Positions 25,585 through 38,974 are shown, counted from the whole stretch's first letter. The stretch is DNA of 63,751 nucleotides, filler included, from Lama guanicoe (GCA_013239625.1; 167 parts of 167 records of this genome joined end to end with filler, not necessarily neighbours in it); one strand, 5' to 3'. The notes: a model not told the origin generated them from the letters alone. Numbers and translations: made by a program.

Positions 25585-25866
25585 TATGATTTTTTAGGAG
25601 TTTTATGGTTTCAAGTCATACAGTTGACTCTTTAATCTATTGTGAGTTAATTTTTGTGAATAGTGTAAGATGGAGTCCAGTTTAAGTCTCTTACTTTCAT
25701 TCGACTGTACCAATTTACATTTCCACCCAAAAAGTGCATGAGTTACCTTTTTTTCATATTCTTGCAAATATTTGTTTTTTATTTTTTATAATGGTCATTC
25801 TAATAGGTGTGATGTGCTGTTTCATTGTGGTTTGGGTTTGCATTTCCCTGATGATTAGTATATTTT
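25585..25866 (-). mobile_element. L1 ORF2 fragments (rearranged or internally deleted)
   Basis: ttttaggagttttatggtttca...gagttaatttttgtga and ttcattgtggtttgggtttgcatttccctgatgattagt. Confidence 0.85.
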
Positions 25867-25966
25867 NNNNNNNNNNNNNNNNNNNNNNNNNNNNNNNNNN
25901 NNNNNNNNNNTTAATTAATTAANNNNNNNNNNNNNNNNNNNNNNNNNNNNNNNNNNNNNNNNNNNN

Positions 25967-26248
25967 AATTTAAACCCCCTTTGAGTGCTCAACCACCAGG
26001 TCAGCTGGAACCTAAGGGATGAGGACGTTGACCTTTTCTGACCCTGGTGAGTTCAATCAGCTAAAGCTTGGACTCTTGACCCTGGCCCCAATTCTATGCT
26101 GAATTCTCCTCTGCCCAAGCCCCTTCGTGAATATGCATGTGCCCTTAGCTTAAACCTTCCCCAAGTTTGCTATTCAGGAAGACACTGCTTTGGGGAACGT
26201 TACCAGTATTCTCTTTACTTGCTTCAGGTAATAAATCCTTTCTTCTCC
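25967..26248 (+). mobile_element. ERV1-type LTR fragment
   Basis: gcccttagcttaaaccttcccc...ctgctttggggaa...ctctttacttgc...aataaatcc is LTR U3/R with a polyA signal. Confidence 0.65.
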
Positions 26249-27112
26249 NNNNNNNNNNNNNNNNNNNNNNNNNNNNNNNNNNNNNNNNNNNNTTAATTAA
26301 TTAANNNNNNNNNNNNNNNNNNNNNNNNNNNNNNNNNNNNNNNNNNNNGAAACCATGACACTTGTCTGCTTAAAATCCTTCTATAGCTTTCCTTTGCTCT
26401 TAGTTATAAGATTCAGAGTCATACCTCATGTGTTTGTTTCTATCTGTACAGTCTCATCCCCACATCTGCCTCTGCTCCCTTTGCTCAGGACGCTCTCGCT
26501 ATACTGGCATTTTTTCTTTTCCTCCAAAACAGAAGTTCTGTCCTACTCTAGGTTGTATTGCTTTTCCCTCTGTTTGGAACACTCCTATCCCAGCTCTTAA
26601 CAATGCTGGTTTCTTCTAATCATTCAGATTNNNNNNNNNNNNNNNNNNNNNNNNNNNNNNNNNNNNNNNNNNNNTTAATTAATTAANNNNNNNNNNNNNN
26701 NNNNNNNNNNNNNNNNNNNNNNNNNNNNNNAAGACTAAAATTTTAATTAAAAGGGAAAAATGAGTATATGTCTGCCGTTTTGTTTTTTTTGATTCTTGTT
26801 ATTCTTGAAGATGCTTTTACTCTCATATGAAATAAGTTTTTAAAAAAGATATGGAAAGCATGCATGTTACCACAAAGATGAGCTTGGCCATTATTCTCAC
26901 TGTTCTCTTGTCACTAACCTATTCAGTAAATAATGTTTCAAGGCACATTTTGACCCACTTGTCTTAAGTCAAAGCCATGTCAAAGGTTTTAAAACTGACT
27001 ATATTAAAACTANNNNNNNNNNNNNNNNNNNNNNNNNNNNNNNNNNNNNNNNNNNNTTAATTAATTAANNNNNNNNNNNNNNNNNNNNNNNNNNNNNNNN
27101 NNNNNNNNNNNN

Positions 27113-27232
27113 TTGTTTTTGGTGGGGGGAGGTAATTAGGTTTACTTATATTACTTATTCTCAGAGGAAGTACAGGGGATTGAACCAGGGACCTCGTGCA
27201 TGCTAAGCACACACTCTGCGTACCCTCCCCCC
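27113..27232 (-). mobile_element. Vic-1-like SINE with tail, internally deleted
   Basis: Same tRNA-Ala-like head as 8020-8092 plus aaacctaattacctccccc tail; lacks ~12 bp around the A box. Confidence 0.82.
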
Positions 27233-27494
27233 ACTAAGTCTGTGTTGTTTTAAGCCACCTGGTTTGTGGCGGCAGCCCTAGGAAATGAACACGGGAGCCT
27301 CCCATGAGGGAGATGTGACACTCCTGTTTCAAGGTGGAGAAGTTGCAAGGGGCCCGGAGGGGGTAACTCCATGCAGGTCCCAACCGTGGTAAGTNNNNNN
27401 NNNNNNNNNNNNNNNNNNNNNNNNNNNNNNNNNNNNNNTTAATTAATTAANNNNNNNNNNNNNNNNNNNNNNNNNNNNNNNNNNNNNNNNNNNN

Positions 27495-27774
27495 GAGATT
27501 CCTCAAAAAACTAAAAATAGACTGACCATATCATCCAGCAATCCCACTCCTTGGCCTATATCCAGAGAAAACTCTAATTCAAAAGGACACATGTCCCCTA
27601 ATATTCATAGCAGCACTATTTACAATAGCCAAGATGTGGAGGCAACCTAAGTGTCCATTGAGAGATGACTGAATAGAGAAGTTGTGGTATGCGTGTATGT
27701 ATAATGGAATACTACTCAGCCATGGAAAAGAAAAAATAATGCCATTTGCAGCAACATGGATGGACCTGGAGATC
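27495..27774 (+). mobile_element. L1 ORF2 C-terminal fragment
   Basis: RFLKKLKIDxPYHPAIPLLGLYPEKTLIQKDTCPLIFIAALFTIAK. Confidence 0.95.
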
Positions 27775-29784
27775 NNNNNNNNNNNNNNNNNNNNNNNNNN
27801 NNNNNNNNNNNNNNNNNNTTAATTAATTAANNNNNNNNNNNNNNNNNNNNNNNNNNNNNNNNNNNNNNNNNNNNGAGGGAGCATAACACTGTCCTATACA
27901 TGAAAACTGAGATGAGGAGCTAAATATATTTACTAACTACCAAATGGAATCAATTTTCTTTTCTTGGCTATATTCTAACAGCTGATGCCTGACTCAGCAT
28001 CACCAAGCAGCACCATAGACCTTGCCTACGTTAAACACTAAGAATATTTCTTTTCTACGAGATGTTTTTATTAAAAGTAATAATTCTGGTCTTCCTTAAG
28101 AGAGTAAGATGGTTACCTTTGCTTTTATAAAAATGTTAAAGAGGAAAAGCCAACCANNNNNNNNNNNNNNNNNNNNNNNNNNNNNNNNNNNNNNNNNNNN
28201 TTAATTAATTAANNNNNNNNNNNNNNNNNNNNNNNNNNNNNNNNNNNNNNNNNNNNCCTGTTATTTGTCTTAAAACCACTTAAAAGCAATGAGAAAACAA
28301 CAAAAGCAGATTCTTAAAAATGGCACATCATTAAACCTACAAGAAAAGAAATGGAAAACAACAGGAAGAAGCATTCCATTAACAAAACTACGTGCAGGTG
28401 ACGTGTTACTACGCACAGAAAACACGAAAGACTCCGCATGAAAAATAAATACTTAGGAATAAACCTGACCAAGGAGGCAAAAGACATACGCAGAGAACTA
28501 TAAAATATTAAGAAAATTAAAGATGATTTAAAGAAATGNNNNNNNNNNNNNNNNNNNNNNNNNNNNNNNNNNNNNNNNNNNNTTAATTAATTAANNNNNN
28601 NNNNNNNNNNNNNNNNNNNNNNNNNNNNNNNNNNNNNNTGAAATCCTAAGAAATTAGAGGAATAGAAAGAGCTTTAAAGCCTTTTATTTTCCCTATACAA
28701 AACATAATTCCTCAAACGCAGGAGAGAGGGAACATTAATAAGACTGGGCCATATTCAGCGATATTTCACTTTCGCAGTGGGAAGGACACGGTGGAATTTT
28801 ATGGGACTAGTAGGTAGGTACAGTTTCATTAAGTGACCTTACAGACTGTTTACCTGCGTGCTGACACAGATGAGGCACTATGTCCCGAATATTGAAACCA
28901 TACATAACATAAATGCCATTNNNNNNNNNNNNNNNNNNNNNNNNNNNNNNNNNNNNNNNNNNNNTTAATTAATTAANNNNNNNNNNNNNNNNNNNNNNNN
29001 NNNNNNNNNNNNNNNNNNNNTCAGCCAAACATTTTGAGGACCCTCCATCATGTTTTCCATACAGCTATACGAAGGTACATTTATTTCCACCAACAATGCA
29101 CAAGGGTTTCTTTTAGGAGAATAGATTCTTTTGAGCTTATGCAAATAACTGTATTCCCAGAAAAATAGGAATATTCAGTTTGAGTTTCTGAATTCTGCAG
29201 GGATCAAGTAAGGAGAAAAATAAATGTTTCATTTCTATTTATAAAAGTACAATCTATTAAACTGCTGTGAGTTATAAATGGCTTAATAGAAAAGGAAAAA
29301 AANNNNNNNNNNNNNNNNNNNNNNNNNNNNNNNNNNNNNNNNNNNNTTAATTAATTAANNNNNNNNNNNNNNNNNNNNNNNNNNNNNNNNNNNNNNNNNN
29401 NNAGCATGCTAATTCCACCCATAAAGATTGTAGCATAAGAAAGATCTAACACTCAGTGCATCCCAGACTATCAACAGTGAGGGGTACGAGAAGGCCTTGA
29501 GAAAACATGGACATCAGTTGGGAAGGCAAAGGGTGACTTGGTGAGGATTCTTCTTTTAGAAACATCATGATTTGATTCCAGATGTCAGGATGATCAGGTG
29601 GAGCATACTGTTTAGCTTCCTTTTTACCAAAATGGAAGTTAGAATTGTCCCCACCCCCTCCACCTTCATTGTAAAGATATTATTNNNNNNNNNNNNNNNN
29701 NNNNNNNNNNNNNNNNNNNNNNNNNNNNTTAATTAATTAANNNNNNNNNNNNNNNNNNNNNNNNNNNNNNNNNNNNNNNNNNNN

Positions 29785-30066
29785 ATGTGTATATTCTGCA
29801 ACATGTTCCCCTTGTGCTAGATGAATGAAAGTCTCTCCACCAGCTCAGTTTTAAGAGCTAAGCGTGTGTAAAAGCCGTCCTTCCACTTGCGTGTTGGGAA
29901 CACAAAGTTTCTCATCAGTAGCAAACACCTCTAGCGACATATATATGGGGAGGTACACTTTACACCTCGGTTTTACAGTAAAAATTGCAGGAACTTCAAA
30001 CCTGCACTAGGAAACAGTCTGAGAAACCAGAGTAAGTGTGTCTCCTGCAAATTTTTCCCTTTGTGC
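29785..30066 (-). repeat. ~249-bp satellite monomer (family A)
   Basis: Reverse complement aligns with 5731-6009; ttgtgc recurs at 29812 and 30061. Confidence 0.9.
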
Positions 30067-30166
30067 NNNNNNNNNNNNNNNNNNNNNNNNNNNNNNNNNN
30101 NNNNNNNNNNTTAATTAATTAANNNNNNNNNNNNNNNNNNNNNNNNNNNNNNNNNNNNNNNNNNNN

Positions 30167-30440
30167 CAGCTTTGTGTATAGTTTGAAATCAGTAAGCATG
30201 ATGCATCCCATTTTGCTCTTTTTTAAGGTTTTTGGGGCTGGGTGGTACTGTTTGGCATCTTTTGTGTTTCCATACAAGTTTTAGAATTATTTCTTCAAGT
30301 TCCAGGAAAAATGCCATTGGTGTTTCAATAAGGATTGCATTGAATCTGTAGATTTCCTTGGGTAGTATGATCATGTTAACAGTATTAATTCTGATCCATG
30401 AGCACAGTTTATCTTTCCATTTGTTTGTGTCATCCATTTA
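30167..30440 (-). mobile_element. L1 ORF2 fragment
   Basis: [35 protein letters not shown]. Confidence 0.92.
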
Positions 30441-30930
30441 GGATGGTGNNNNNNNNNNNNNNNNNNNNNNNNNNNNNNNNNNNNNNNNNNNNTTAATTAA
30501 TTAANNNNNNNNNNNNNNNNNNNNNNNNNNNNNNNNNNNNNNNNNNNNGTCACCATTTCGGTGCCCGGGACCCTTGAGAGCGTGGTCCTCCTCCTCATGG
30601 GTCACTGGGCCGAGGTGCTGGCAGGCCTCTGGCCTGGGGCCACATTTCACCTACCGTCCTGGTTCTATAACACCTGTAGGGTCATCTTCCTATTGAGACT
30701 CATCTTGGGGAGGAGAAAGGTGCCTGCAGAACAGGAGCCCCGGGTCATGGCAGGGAGGGAGGGACTTGGGCACATTCCATGGGAGCCCCTGGCCCTGAGC
30801 ATAGAGGAGTCCTTGGCTGAGCTCCAGAGGNNNNNNNNNNNNNNNNNNNNNNNNNNNNNNNNNNNNNNNNNNNNTTAATTAATTAANNNNNNNNNNNNNN
30901 NNNNNNNNNNNNNNNNNNNNNNNNNNNNNN

Positions 30931-31212
30931 GGGTCTAGGAAAAAAGTCGCGGCGGCGGCGGCGGCTGCTCAGGGAAGGAGGCCCAAGGGCCGCGTGCAGC
31001 GGGCGGGGGGCGGCCTCGCTGCGTTCCGGAGCCTAGAGCTGCCCGGAGCCGGCCCGCGGGCGAGCGAGCGGAGGCGGCGGCGGCGGCTGCAGGAGCAGCG
31101 GCGGCGGCGGCGGCGGCATCTCCTCCTCACATGACCCCACTGTTTGTCCCCGTGATCAGCGCGAGCGGCTCCCGTGTCTCCTCCGTCCCCTCCTGCCGCG
31201 TGGCGTGAGTGC
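30931..31212 (+). promoter_or_regulatory. CpG-island promoter/5'UTR with three (GGC)n runs; tentatively USF2-like
   Basis: Very high GC and CpG content; the 3' part resembles the recalled USF2 upstream region (unverified). Confidence 0.6.
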
Positions 31213-31312
31213 NNNNNNNNNNNNNNNNNNNNNNNNNNNNNNNNNNNNNNNNNNNNTTAATTAATTAANNNNNNNNNNNNNNNNNNNNNNNNNNNNNNNN
31301 NNNNNNNNNNNN

Positions 31313-31593
31313 TGTGCTATACAGTGTAAACTTGTTGTTTATCTATTTTATATATAGTAATATCTGTAAATCTCAAACTCCCAATTTATCCCTTCCCACC
31401 CCCTTCCATCACTGGTAATCATAAGTTTGCTTTCTAGGTCTGTGACTCTGTTTCTTTTTTGTAAATAAGTTCATCTGTCTTTTTTTAGATTCCACATATA
31501 AGTGATACCACATGGTATTTTTCTATCTCTTTCTGGCTTACTTTGCTTAGAATGACAATCTCCAAGTCCATCCATGTTGCTGCAAATGGCATT
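31313..31593 (-). mobile_element. L1 3'UTR fragment
   Basis: ttttagattccacatataagtgatacc...ccatccatgttgctgcaaatggcatt. Confidence 0.92.
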
Positions 31594-31693
31594 NNNNNNN
31601 NNNNNNNNNNNNNNNNNNNNNNNNNNNNNNNNNNNNNTTAATTAATTAANNNNNNNNNNNNNNNNNNNNNNNNNNNNNNNNNNNNNNNNNNNN

Positions 31694-31975
31694 CAAAAGG
31701 GAATAGGGTCAGAGACAGGAATTTCTTGAGCTCCATCAGAGATCCCCGCCATCTGAACTACCCAGTACTCAGAGGCAAGGCTATTTTATGGCAGTGGGGT
31801 TGAGCGCTGAGACTGGCTCCAATGTCCGTTAGGACCGGAAGAGATTTGTCCCCAATCTGGAGAACCGTTTCTCCAAACTGATCAAGAGGGGGGATTGGGG
31901 ACGACTCTACAGTTCCCTGGAGCCCCGTCACTGAGAATTGGAAAGACACTGGAAAGGCCGGTTAGAGGACTGAAG
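31694..31975 (-). mobile_element. ERV1 (gamma-like) gag-end/protease fragment, degenerate
   Basis: GETVLQIGDKSLPVLTDIGASLS is a degenerate DTGA aspartic protease motif, followed by VQMAGIS...EIPVSDPIPF after frameshifts. Confidence 0.8.
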
Positions 31976-32839
31976 NNNNNNNNNNNNNNNNNNNNNNNNN
32001 NNNNNNNNNNNNNNNNNNNTTAATTAATTAANNNNNNNNNNNNNNNNNNNNNNNNNNNNNNNNNNNNNNNNNNNNGTGGAAAACCCAAAAGAATCATCAA
32101 ACATTTTGGAACTAGTAAGTAATTGTAGCAAGTTGCAGGATAAAAGGTTAATATTCAAAACAAAAATCTCTTTCCTATGTATCAGCAATGAGCAAGTGTA
32201 ATTTGAAATTTAAAACATAGTACCATTTACATAATCACCCCCCAAATTAAAATACTCAAGGAACTGTACCCAAGGGGCCTCATCCACACTTGAGCCTGAT
32301 AAAAGTGATAAGATTCTACACTTTGAGCTGATGCACTAATTGGATGAAATTTTGGGGNNNNNNNNNNNNNNNNNNNNNNNNNNNNNNNNNNNNNNNNNNN
32401 NTTAATTAATTAANNNNNNNNNNNNNNNNNNNNNNNNNNNNNNNNNNNNNNNNNNNNATGGGACCTCTGTTCTCTGAGACCCCCTCAAGCTTGGGGTCAT
32501 GCTCAGGACCACTCGTGGTCCCACGGCATGTGGGGCTTGTTGCATTTATGGCAGCCCCGTCCTGCCACCTCATGCTGGCCTTTCCATCATGGTCAGCTTC
32601 TGGATTTGAAGGTTTCTACTGGCAAGAAATAATAGGAGGTGGTAGCACAGCCTCTTCCTGGCAGCACCCACTTCCATGGGGGATGCTAAGGCCCAGCACA
32701 AAGGCTACAGTCACATTGAGGTGGTTTCCCATGCTCACCNNNNNNNNNNNNNNNNNNNNNNNNNNNNNNNNNNNNNNNNNNNNTTAATTAATTAANNNNN
32801 NNNNNNNNNNNNNNNNNNNNNNNNNNNNNNNNNNNNNNN

Positions 32840-33016
32840 GCATTTGGGATGGATAGTTTGCGGGGGTGGGGGGAGCTGTCCTGTGCATTGTTGGATGTTT
32901 AGCAGCCTCCGTGGCCTCTACCCATTAAATGCCAGCAGGACCTCCTCCCCCTGGTTGTGATGACCAAAAGTGTCTCCAGACATGGCCAAATGTCCCTGGG
33001 GGGGATAAAACCACTG
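32840..33016 (+). mobile_element. MER20 hAT-Charlie DNA transposon
   Basis: gctgtcctgtgcattgttggatgtttagcagc...tggcctctaccca...gaccaaaagtgtctccagacatggccaaatgtccctgggg. Confidence 0.9.
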
Positions 33017-33724
33017 TAGTAGAGACAATAAAACAAGATGACAGGAGTCACAGGAGCTAATGTCTTTTTTACATCGATACACGTTCTTTCTGGACCCTTC
33101 TGTGGTTTCAAGAAGAAAGTTANNNNNNNNNNNNNNNNNNNNNNNNNNNNNNNNNNNNNNNNNNNNTTAATTAATTAANNNNNNNNNNNNNNNNNNNNNN
33201 NNNNNNNNNNNNNNNNNNNNNNAAAATATGAGTCATGACAGAAAAATAAGAGGAAAAAAAGAGATAGTAGGAACATGGCTCTTTTTCTGTTCTTTTAAGT
33301 ATTGGGTTTATTTATGTGAGTTATTATTCTTTACTAAATCAAGCTGAAATTCTCAAAGATGAAAAAAATGCTAATAATTAGGATTAATCAGATACTTCAA
33401 GATTATTATATTCAAGCAGTGAAAGTTACAAAGTTGAAATTCCAAGAAAGAACTGACAATTATAAGAGTAATTAAATGGAGACCTTTGAAATGGGAAAAA
33501 AAAANNNNNNNNNNNNNNNNNNNNNNNNNNNNNNNNNNNNNNNNNNNNTTAATTAATTAANNNNNNNNNNNNNNNNNNNNNNNNNNNNNNNNNNNNNNNN
33601 NNNNGAACATATACTTTCTGGCAGGCAACCCCAGAGGTCCACTGATGCATCATGTACTGGTAAGGATATGAGTCCCTGCACGCTGGTGCAACAGCAGAGG
33701 CTCTGCCACATGCCCAAGAGGTGA

Positions 33725-33886
33725 TGTGTGGGACATGCAGGGGTGCAGGGGTGTAGGTCGTGCAAGGTGAAAATTGTGTCAATGGTGCCCGGGCTGTGGA
33801 GGGTGCAGGCCGTTCTGGGGTGCAGGGAGTGCAGGGATGCAGGAGTGCAGGGAGTGCAGAGGTTCAAGAGTGCATGCAGTGCAGGG
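33725..33886 (+). repeat. G-rich ~9-bp degenerate repeat (g(g/a)gtgcagg)
   Basis: Multiple gtgcagg(g/a) units. Confidence 0.75.
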
Positions 33887-34369
33887 NNNNNNNNNNNNNN
33901 NNNNNNNNNNNNNNNNNNNNNNNNNNNNNNTTAATTAATTAANNNNNNNNNNNNNNNNNNNNNNNNNNNNNNNNNNNNNNNNNNNNAGAGAACTTGTGCC
34001 ACCATGACAAATGAGGAGCTGAGATTTGGCACGGAGCAGGGGCGGGTCTGTTCTGCAGTCTTCCCCGAGGCCCACTACAGAGCGCCTACCAGAGGTGGAG
34101 AGGGCAGCTGAACAGAGCCATGAAGTGACAGGCACAAGGAGAGGGTGGGTGGCCACCTGCCTTCCTGGCAGGAAAACAGCACCTGACCGCAGTGCTAGGA
34201 GGAGGTACGATTTGCCCACCTACCTCGACAAAGCACAGCATCTGATTGTGGCACTGGAATGGGGGAGTGNNNNNNNNNNNNNNNNNNNNNNNNNNNNNNN
34301 NNNNNNNNNNNNNTTAATTAATTAANNNNNNNNNNNNNNNNNNNNNNNNNNNNNNNNNNNNNNNNNNNN

Positions 34370-34651
34370 CCGATGCTGTCATCAGCAGGGACGAAGCCCG
34401 GTGGATTCGCAGCTTAGCCGAGAAGGGGCTGTCCCTTGGAGGATCTGACGAAGGGGTGTCCAACCTGGACCTGCACTCGGGGGCCCTGTCTGTCGGGAAG
34501 CACTTTGTGAACCTGTGTAGGTACTTTGGGGGATAAAATACACAGTGTCTTCTCAGAAGAGGGCTTCCAGTTGTACCAGGACGTGCGGCAGAAGGTCCGG
34601 CTGGCGATCGCCAGGCGTCTGGCATCAGCGCGTCCTCGCGGTACCTGACAA
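34370..34651 (+). pseudogene. OGFOD3: OGFOD3 processed pseudogene fragment
   Basis: DAVISRDEARWIRSLAEKGLSLGGSDEGVSNLDLHSGALSVGKHFVNLCRYFG / DKIHSVFSEEGFQLYQDVRQKVRLAIA / GISASSRYLT matches recalled OGFOD3; intronless, with +1 frameshift at ~34530 and -1 frameshift at ~34612. Confidence 0.87.
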
Positions 34652-35134
34652 NNNNNNNNNNNNNNNNNNNNNNNNNNNNNNNNNNNNNNNNNNNNTTAAT
34701 TAATTAANNNNNNNNNNNNNNNNNNNNNNNNNNNNNNNNNNNNNNNNNNNNAACATGTTGGAAGACAAAACTGACCCAAAGAAAAAGCTTCACCGTGGGT
34801 AAAAAAAAAAAATGGTTGAAAGCAGATTATCAAATGAATGCCCTATTACATGTTCAAGAACTTGAATAACCAAATAAATTAAAAAGACCTTTCCCTTTCC
34901 TAGGGTCAATGAAGTATGATGTATGATGGTAAGCGAGATGAGGTATGATGACAAATAAGCCCATGAAAAAAAATTAACATCGTTAGTCATTAGAGAAACA
35001 CAAATTAAAACTATAATGTGACACTCTCACATACNNNNNNNNNNNNNNNNNNNNNNNNNNNNNNNNNNNNNNNNNNNNTTAATTAATTAANNNNNNNNNN
35101 NNNNNNNNNNNNNNNNNNNNNNNNNNNNNNNNNN

Positions 35135-35215
35135 GGCACCCGCTCTCCGGCCAGGTGGTGGTGTACACGAAGGGCGCGGACTCTGTGGTCATGCGGCTGC
35201 TGGCGGCGGCCCCAG
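35135..35215 (+). CDS. ATP10D: P4-ATPase (ATP10D-like) exon 3' end
   Basis: HPLSGQVVVYTKGADSVVMRLLAAAP followed by GT donor at 35216; KGADS nucleotide-binding motif; HPLSxQVVVYT fits ATP10D best among ATP10 paralogs. Confidence 0.78.
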
Positions 35216-38196
35216 GTGGGTCCCTGCGGGCAGAGACGGAGGGGCAGGAAGCCCTGGGGAGGGGACGCCCGCTCCCAGTGGCCTCCAAAGGCAGACAAGC
35301 AGATGTGTGAGGATCACTCACACTTGGTGCAGGCGGGGAAGCTGCCTAGGGTTTGGTGAGAAAGCACCGAAGTTCGGGCGTTGCGCAGACCGCGGTTCAA
35401 ATCTGGATCCTGACGTTNNNNNNNNNNNNNNNNNNNNNNNNNNNNNNNNNNNNNNNNNNNNTTAATTAATTAANNNNNNNNNNNNNNNNNNNNNNNNNNN
35501 NNNNNNNNNNNNNNNNNAAGTGATGGCATCTCAATATCTTCTCAGGTGTGTTAACAGGAAGAGGATGATAAAAGTCTAGCCTAGTTCTTCCTCCCCAGTT
35601 CATTTCCCTGTTTTTTTTTTTTTAAACCCCTGCCAGCCCCTTTCCCATGTCCATTTGAATAGTGTAAAAAGAAGACTGAGCTAAATTCTTTCCTCCGTTC
35701 CATCTCCACACACGTTCTGCAGCTTGTCCCCACACCACTTAGGGTAATCTCATCCGAGGAAAGAGCTATTTTGACTGACCTCCAACACTGAAAGAATGGN
35801 NNNNNNNNNNNNNNNNNNNNNNNNNNNNNNNNNNNNNNNNNNNTTAATTAATTAANNNNNNNNNNNNNNNNNNNNNNNNNNNNNNNNNNNNNNNNNNNNT
35901 CAGCAGAGGCCTCACGAAGAATGTGAGAATTCACTTGTGTTTTAAAGGAAGAAAGGAATTTCATTATCAGAAGATGGGAAGAAGAATATTCAAAAGGCCT
36001 CACACAGTAACAGATATTTACAAGCGTAATTCATAGCATGGGAGAAGGGAAGTTAATTACCAGGTTACTAAGGTAATGTTTCCTTATATTGAAAATAAAG
36101 TATTATTCACTTGAATCCAGGTCTAATTACCTGCTGGGAAAGAAATCTAGGTAATAAACCCTGACCAAAAAAAAAAAAAAANNNNNNNNNNNNNNNNNNN
36201 NNNNNNNNNNNNNNNNNNNNNNNNNTTAATTAATTAANNNNNNNNNNNNNNNNNNNNNNNNNNNNNNNNNNNNNNNNNNNNAAAAATTCCTTTCTTTTTT
36301 TGGAAGGCTCAGTGCTGAGGTCTATTGTGTTCATTTACAGGGGGGGGGCTTTACTTCTGCTTCATAGTTTGACTTTAATAGAGCTTTGATGCTCATTGAA
36401 GCTTTGCCTCTTCTTTTCCATTTTCATGTCCTTCCAATACAATGACTACTGAGATTTTTAAGGGGTTGTGTCCTTATGACTGTAACGATGTAGTTGTGGT
36501 TTCACAAAGTTCTATTTGGTCACATAGTTATCTGAGGAGCATTTACAATGTGGGACTGGAGATGNNNNNNNNNNNNNNNNNNNNNNNNNNNNNNNNNNNN
36601 NNNNNNNNTTAATTAATTAANNNNNNNNNNNNNNNNNNNNNNNNNNNNNNNNNNNNNNNNNNNNAATGTGATCCCACTCGCTCATCTCACCTCCCACTTT
36701 TAAAACAGAAATTTAACAATTCTATACCAGTGCTTCTATATGGGAATATAATGAGTGGCTAATAGGTTGTGAATTTAAGAATGCATTTCATTAAAAAGAA
36801 AAAAAATGAAACTACAGAGCTGGCTGCCAAAAAGGGTTGGTGAGAGGGAGAGGACATAGAACCCAGTTCGGTGAGCTTATATGAATACCCTGTATTTCTG
36901 AGTGCACGTGTGTCATGCACAGCCAGAGAACCCGGAATCTGAGAGAGNNNNNNNNNNNNNNNNNNNNNNNNNNNNNNNNNNNNNNNNNNNNTTAATTAAT
37001 TAANNNNNNNNNNNNNNNNNNNNNNNNNNNNNNNNNNNNNNNNNNNNAGTAAAAATAAGTACCTTTGGAATCAGGCAAATTGTCAAAAGCAGAGGCGATC
37101 AGGCTTTGGAGAAACGCACCTCCACACTGGGGTTATTTAAGCAAAAGTACCATCGACTGCAGTTAAGACATTATGGTCACTCTCCCCAGACAGCCCGCAC
37201 CCGCTCCTCCCCCAGCATGGACCGTCCTCCCCGCTCAGGACTGAGGAGGGTTTCCTCCGTGAGCAGTGTCTGCCAGCTCCCAGGCTCCCGGCCTCCAACA
37301 CTCATCCCACCACTGCCAGAGCCCACGTGANNNNNNNNNNNNNNNNNNNNNNNNNNNNNNNNNNNNNNNNNNNNTTAATTAATTAANNNNNNNNNNNNNN
37401 NNNNNNNNNNNNNNNNNNNNNNNNNNNNNNGACTGTAACTGTGGTGATTATAGACTTCACCATAGAAGTTCTCTTCATTTCATTTCCCACTTGAAAGTAC
37501 TATTAGCTGATTATATCTTAAAAATGAATAATGAGAAACTAACTAAGAATAAAAGTGATTAAACTTTTTCAAAAGATTACCTCTGGAACTAATGTTCCTA
37601 CAATTCTCTCTCAGTGTAGTGAAATGATTCAGTTTATGCCTCTCTCTGTTTCTGGAGAACATCCTTGAGCAAAAGTGTGGGTTTCATCTCTCGGTTCTCA
37701 GAGTGTGTGTGTGNNNNNNNNNNNNNNNNNNNNNNNNNNNNNNNNNNNNNNNNNNNNTTAATTAATTAANNNNNNNNNNNNNNNNNNNNNNNNNNNNNNN
37801 NNNNNNNNNNNNNTTCTGTAGGGCTCTCCAGTATCTTTGGAGAGAGGTTCTGGCTGAAAGGTTCAACAGTTAATGACCCCCTCAGAGGGTACCACTGTGA
37901 TTATGCTTAGTGGGGCCTGCCCAGGCAGAAGACGCCTTCTCTTCTAGACGGCATTCTTGAGAGAAGACCTTCCACCCGTTCTTTCCTCATTTTCTCCTCC
38001 TTCAACCTGCTCCATGCCCTCCCTTTTTCACATCCTCTTCTTCTGCGTGGCACTGAGAGGGCAGGGAAGATGTGTAAGTTCTTCAAATTACAGGAGNNNN
38101 NNNNNNNNNNNNNNNNNNNNNNNNNNNNNNNNNNNNNNNNTTAATTAATTAANNNNNNNNNNNNNNNNNNNNNNNNNNNNNNNNNNNNNNNNNNNN

Positions 38197-38220
38197 TGTG
38201 TGTGTGTGTGTGTGTGTGTG
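38197..38220 (+). repeat. (TG)12 microsatellite at a contig start
   Basis: Seen directly. Confidence 0.95.
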
Positions 38221-38974
38221 TTTGTAGGGGCTGTGTTGAGCCTTTGGTGTCAGCCTAATGACAGAACGTCCTTGAGAGTTTCTGCACCTTCCTTGTAAAA
38301 CAGCCTCACCCTCTACCTAAAGTCTTCCTTGCTTTGTCAAAATCATGTGGAAATGAAGAAAACCACTCAGGTGGGAACAAAGAAACTCCATTTATTCAGT
38401 AAACTTACTATAGAAGGAAGTCAACCAGTATCACTTGCGTTTGGCAAAGACTCAGTTGTGAGGAATTAGGAAAGCTCNNNNNNNNNNNNNNNNNNNNNNN
38501 NNNNNNNNNNNNNNNNNNNNNTTAATTAATTAANNNNNNNNNNNNNNNNNNNNNNNNNNNNNNNNNNNNNNNNNNNNGGCTCATTCCCTGCCCTACGATG
38601 AAGATAACCCCATAAATTTCTGATCACTTTTGAACAATATAAAATGTTCTCAAATAATTTTCAGTTGCACAATTCAGTCTTAATTTTGTCATTATAATGC
38701 CCTGAACCATTTAATAGTCAAAACTTTAATATTGACTTAATATTGGATCTTCCCTCTTTCTCCTGGTTGGGAGAGGAGATTATCATTGATCTTTCCTCTC
38801 TAGCTTCAGAGAAATATACAAAGGAAAAGAGGAATGAAGTCGAATGAGTTAAGAACTTTCNNNNNNNNNNNNNNNNNNNNNNNNNNNNNNNNNNNNNNNN
38901 NNNNTTAATTAATTAANNNNNNNNNNNNNNNNNNNNNNNNNNNNNNNNNNNNNNNNNNNNTTAAGGTAATTATT

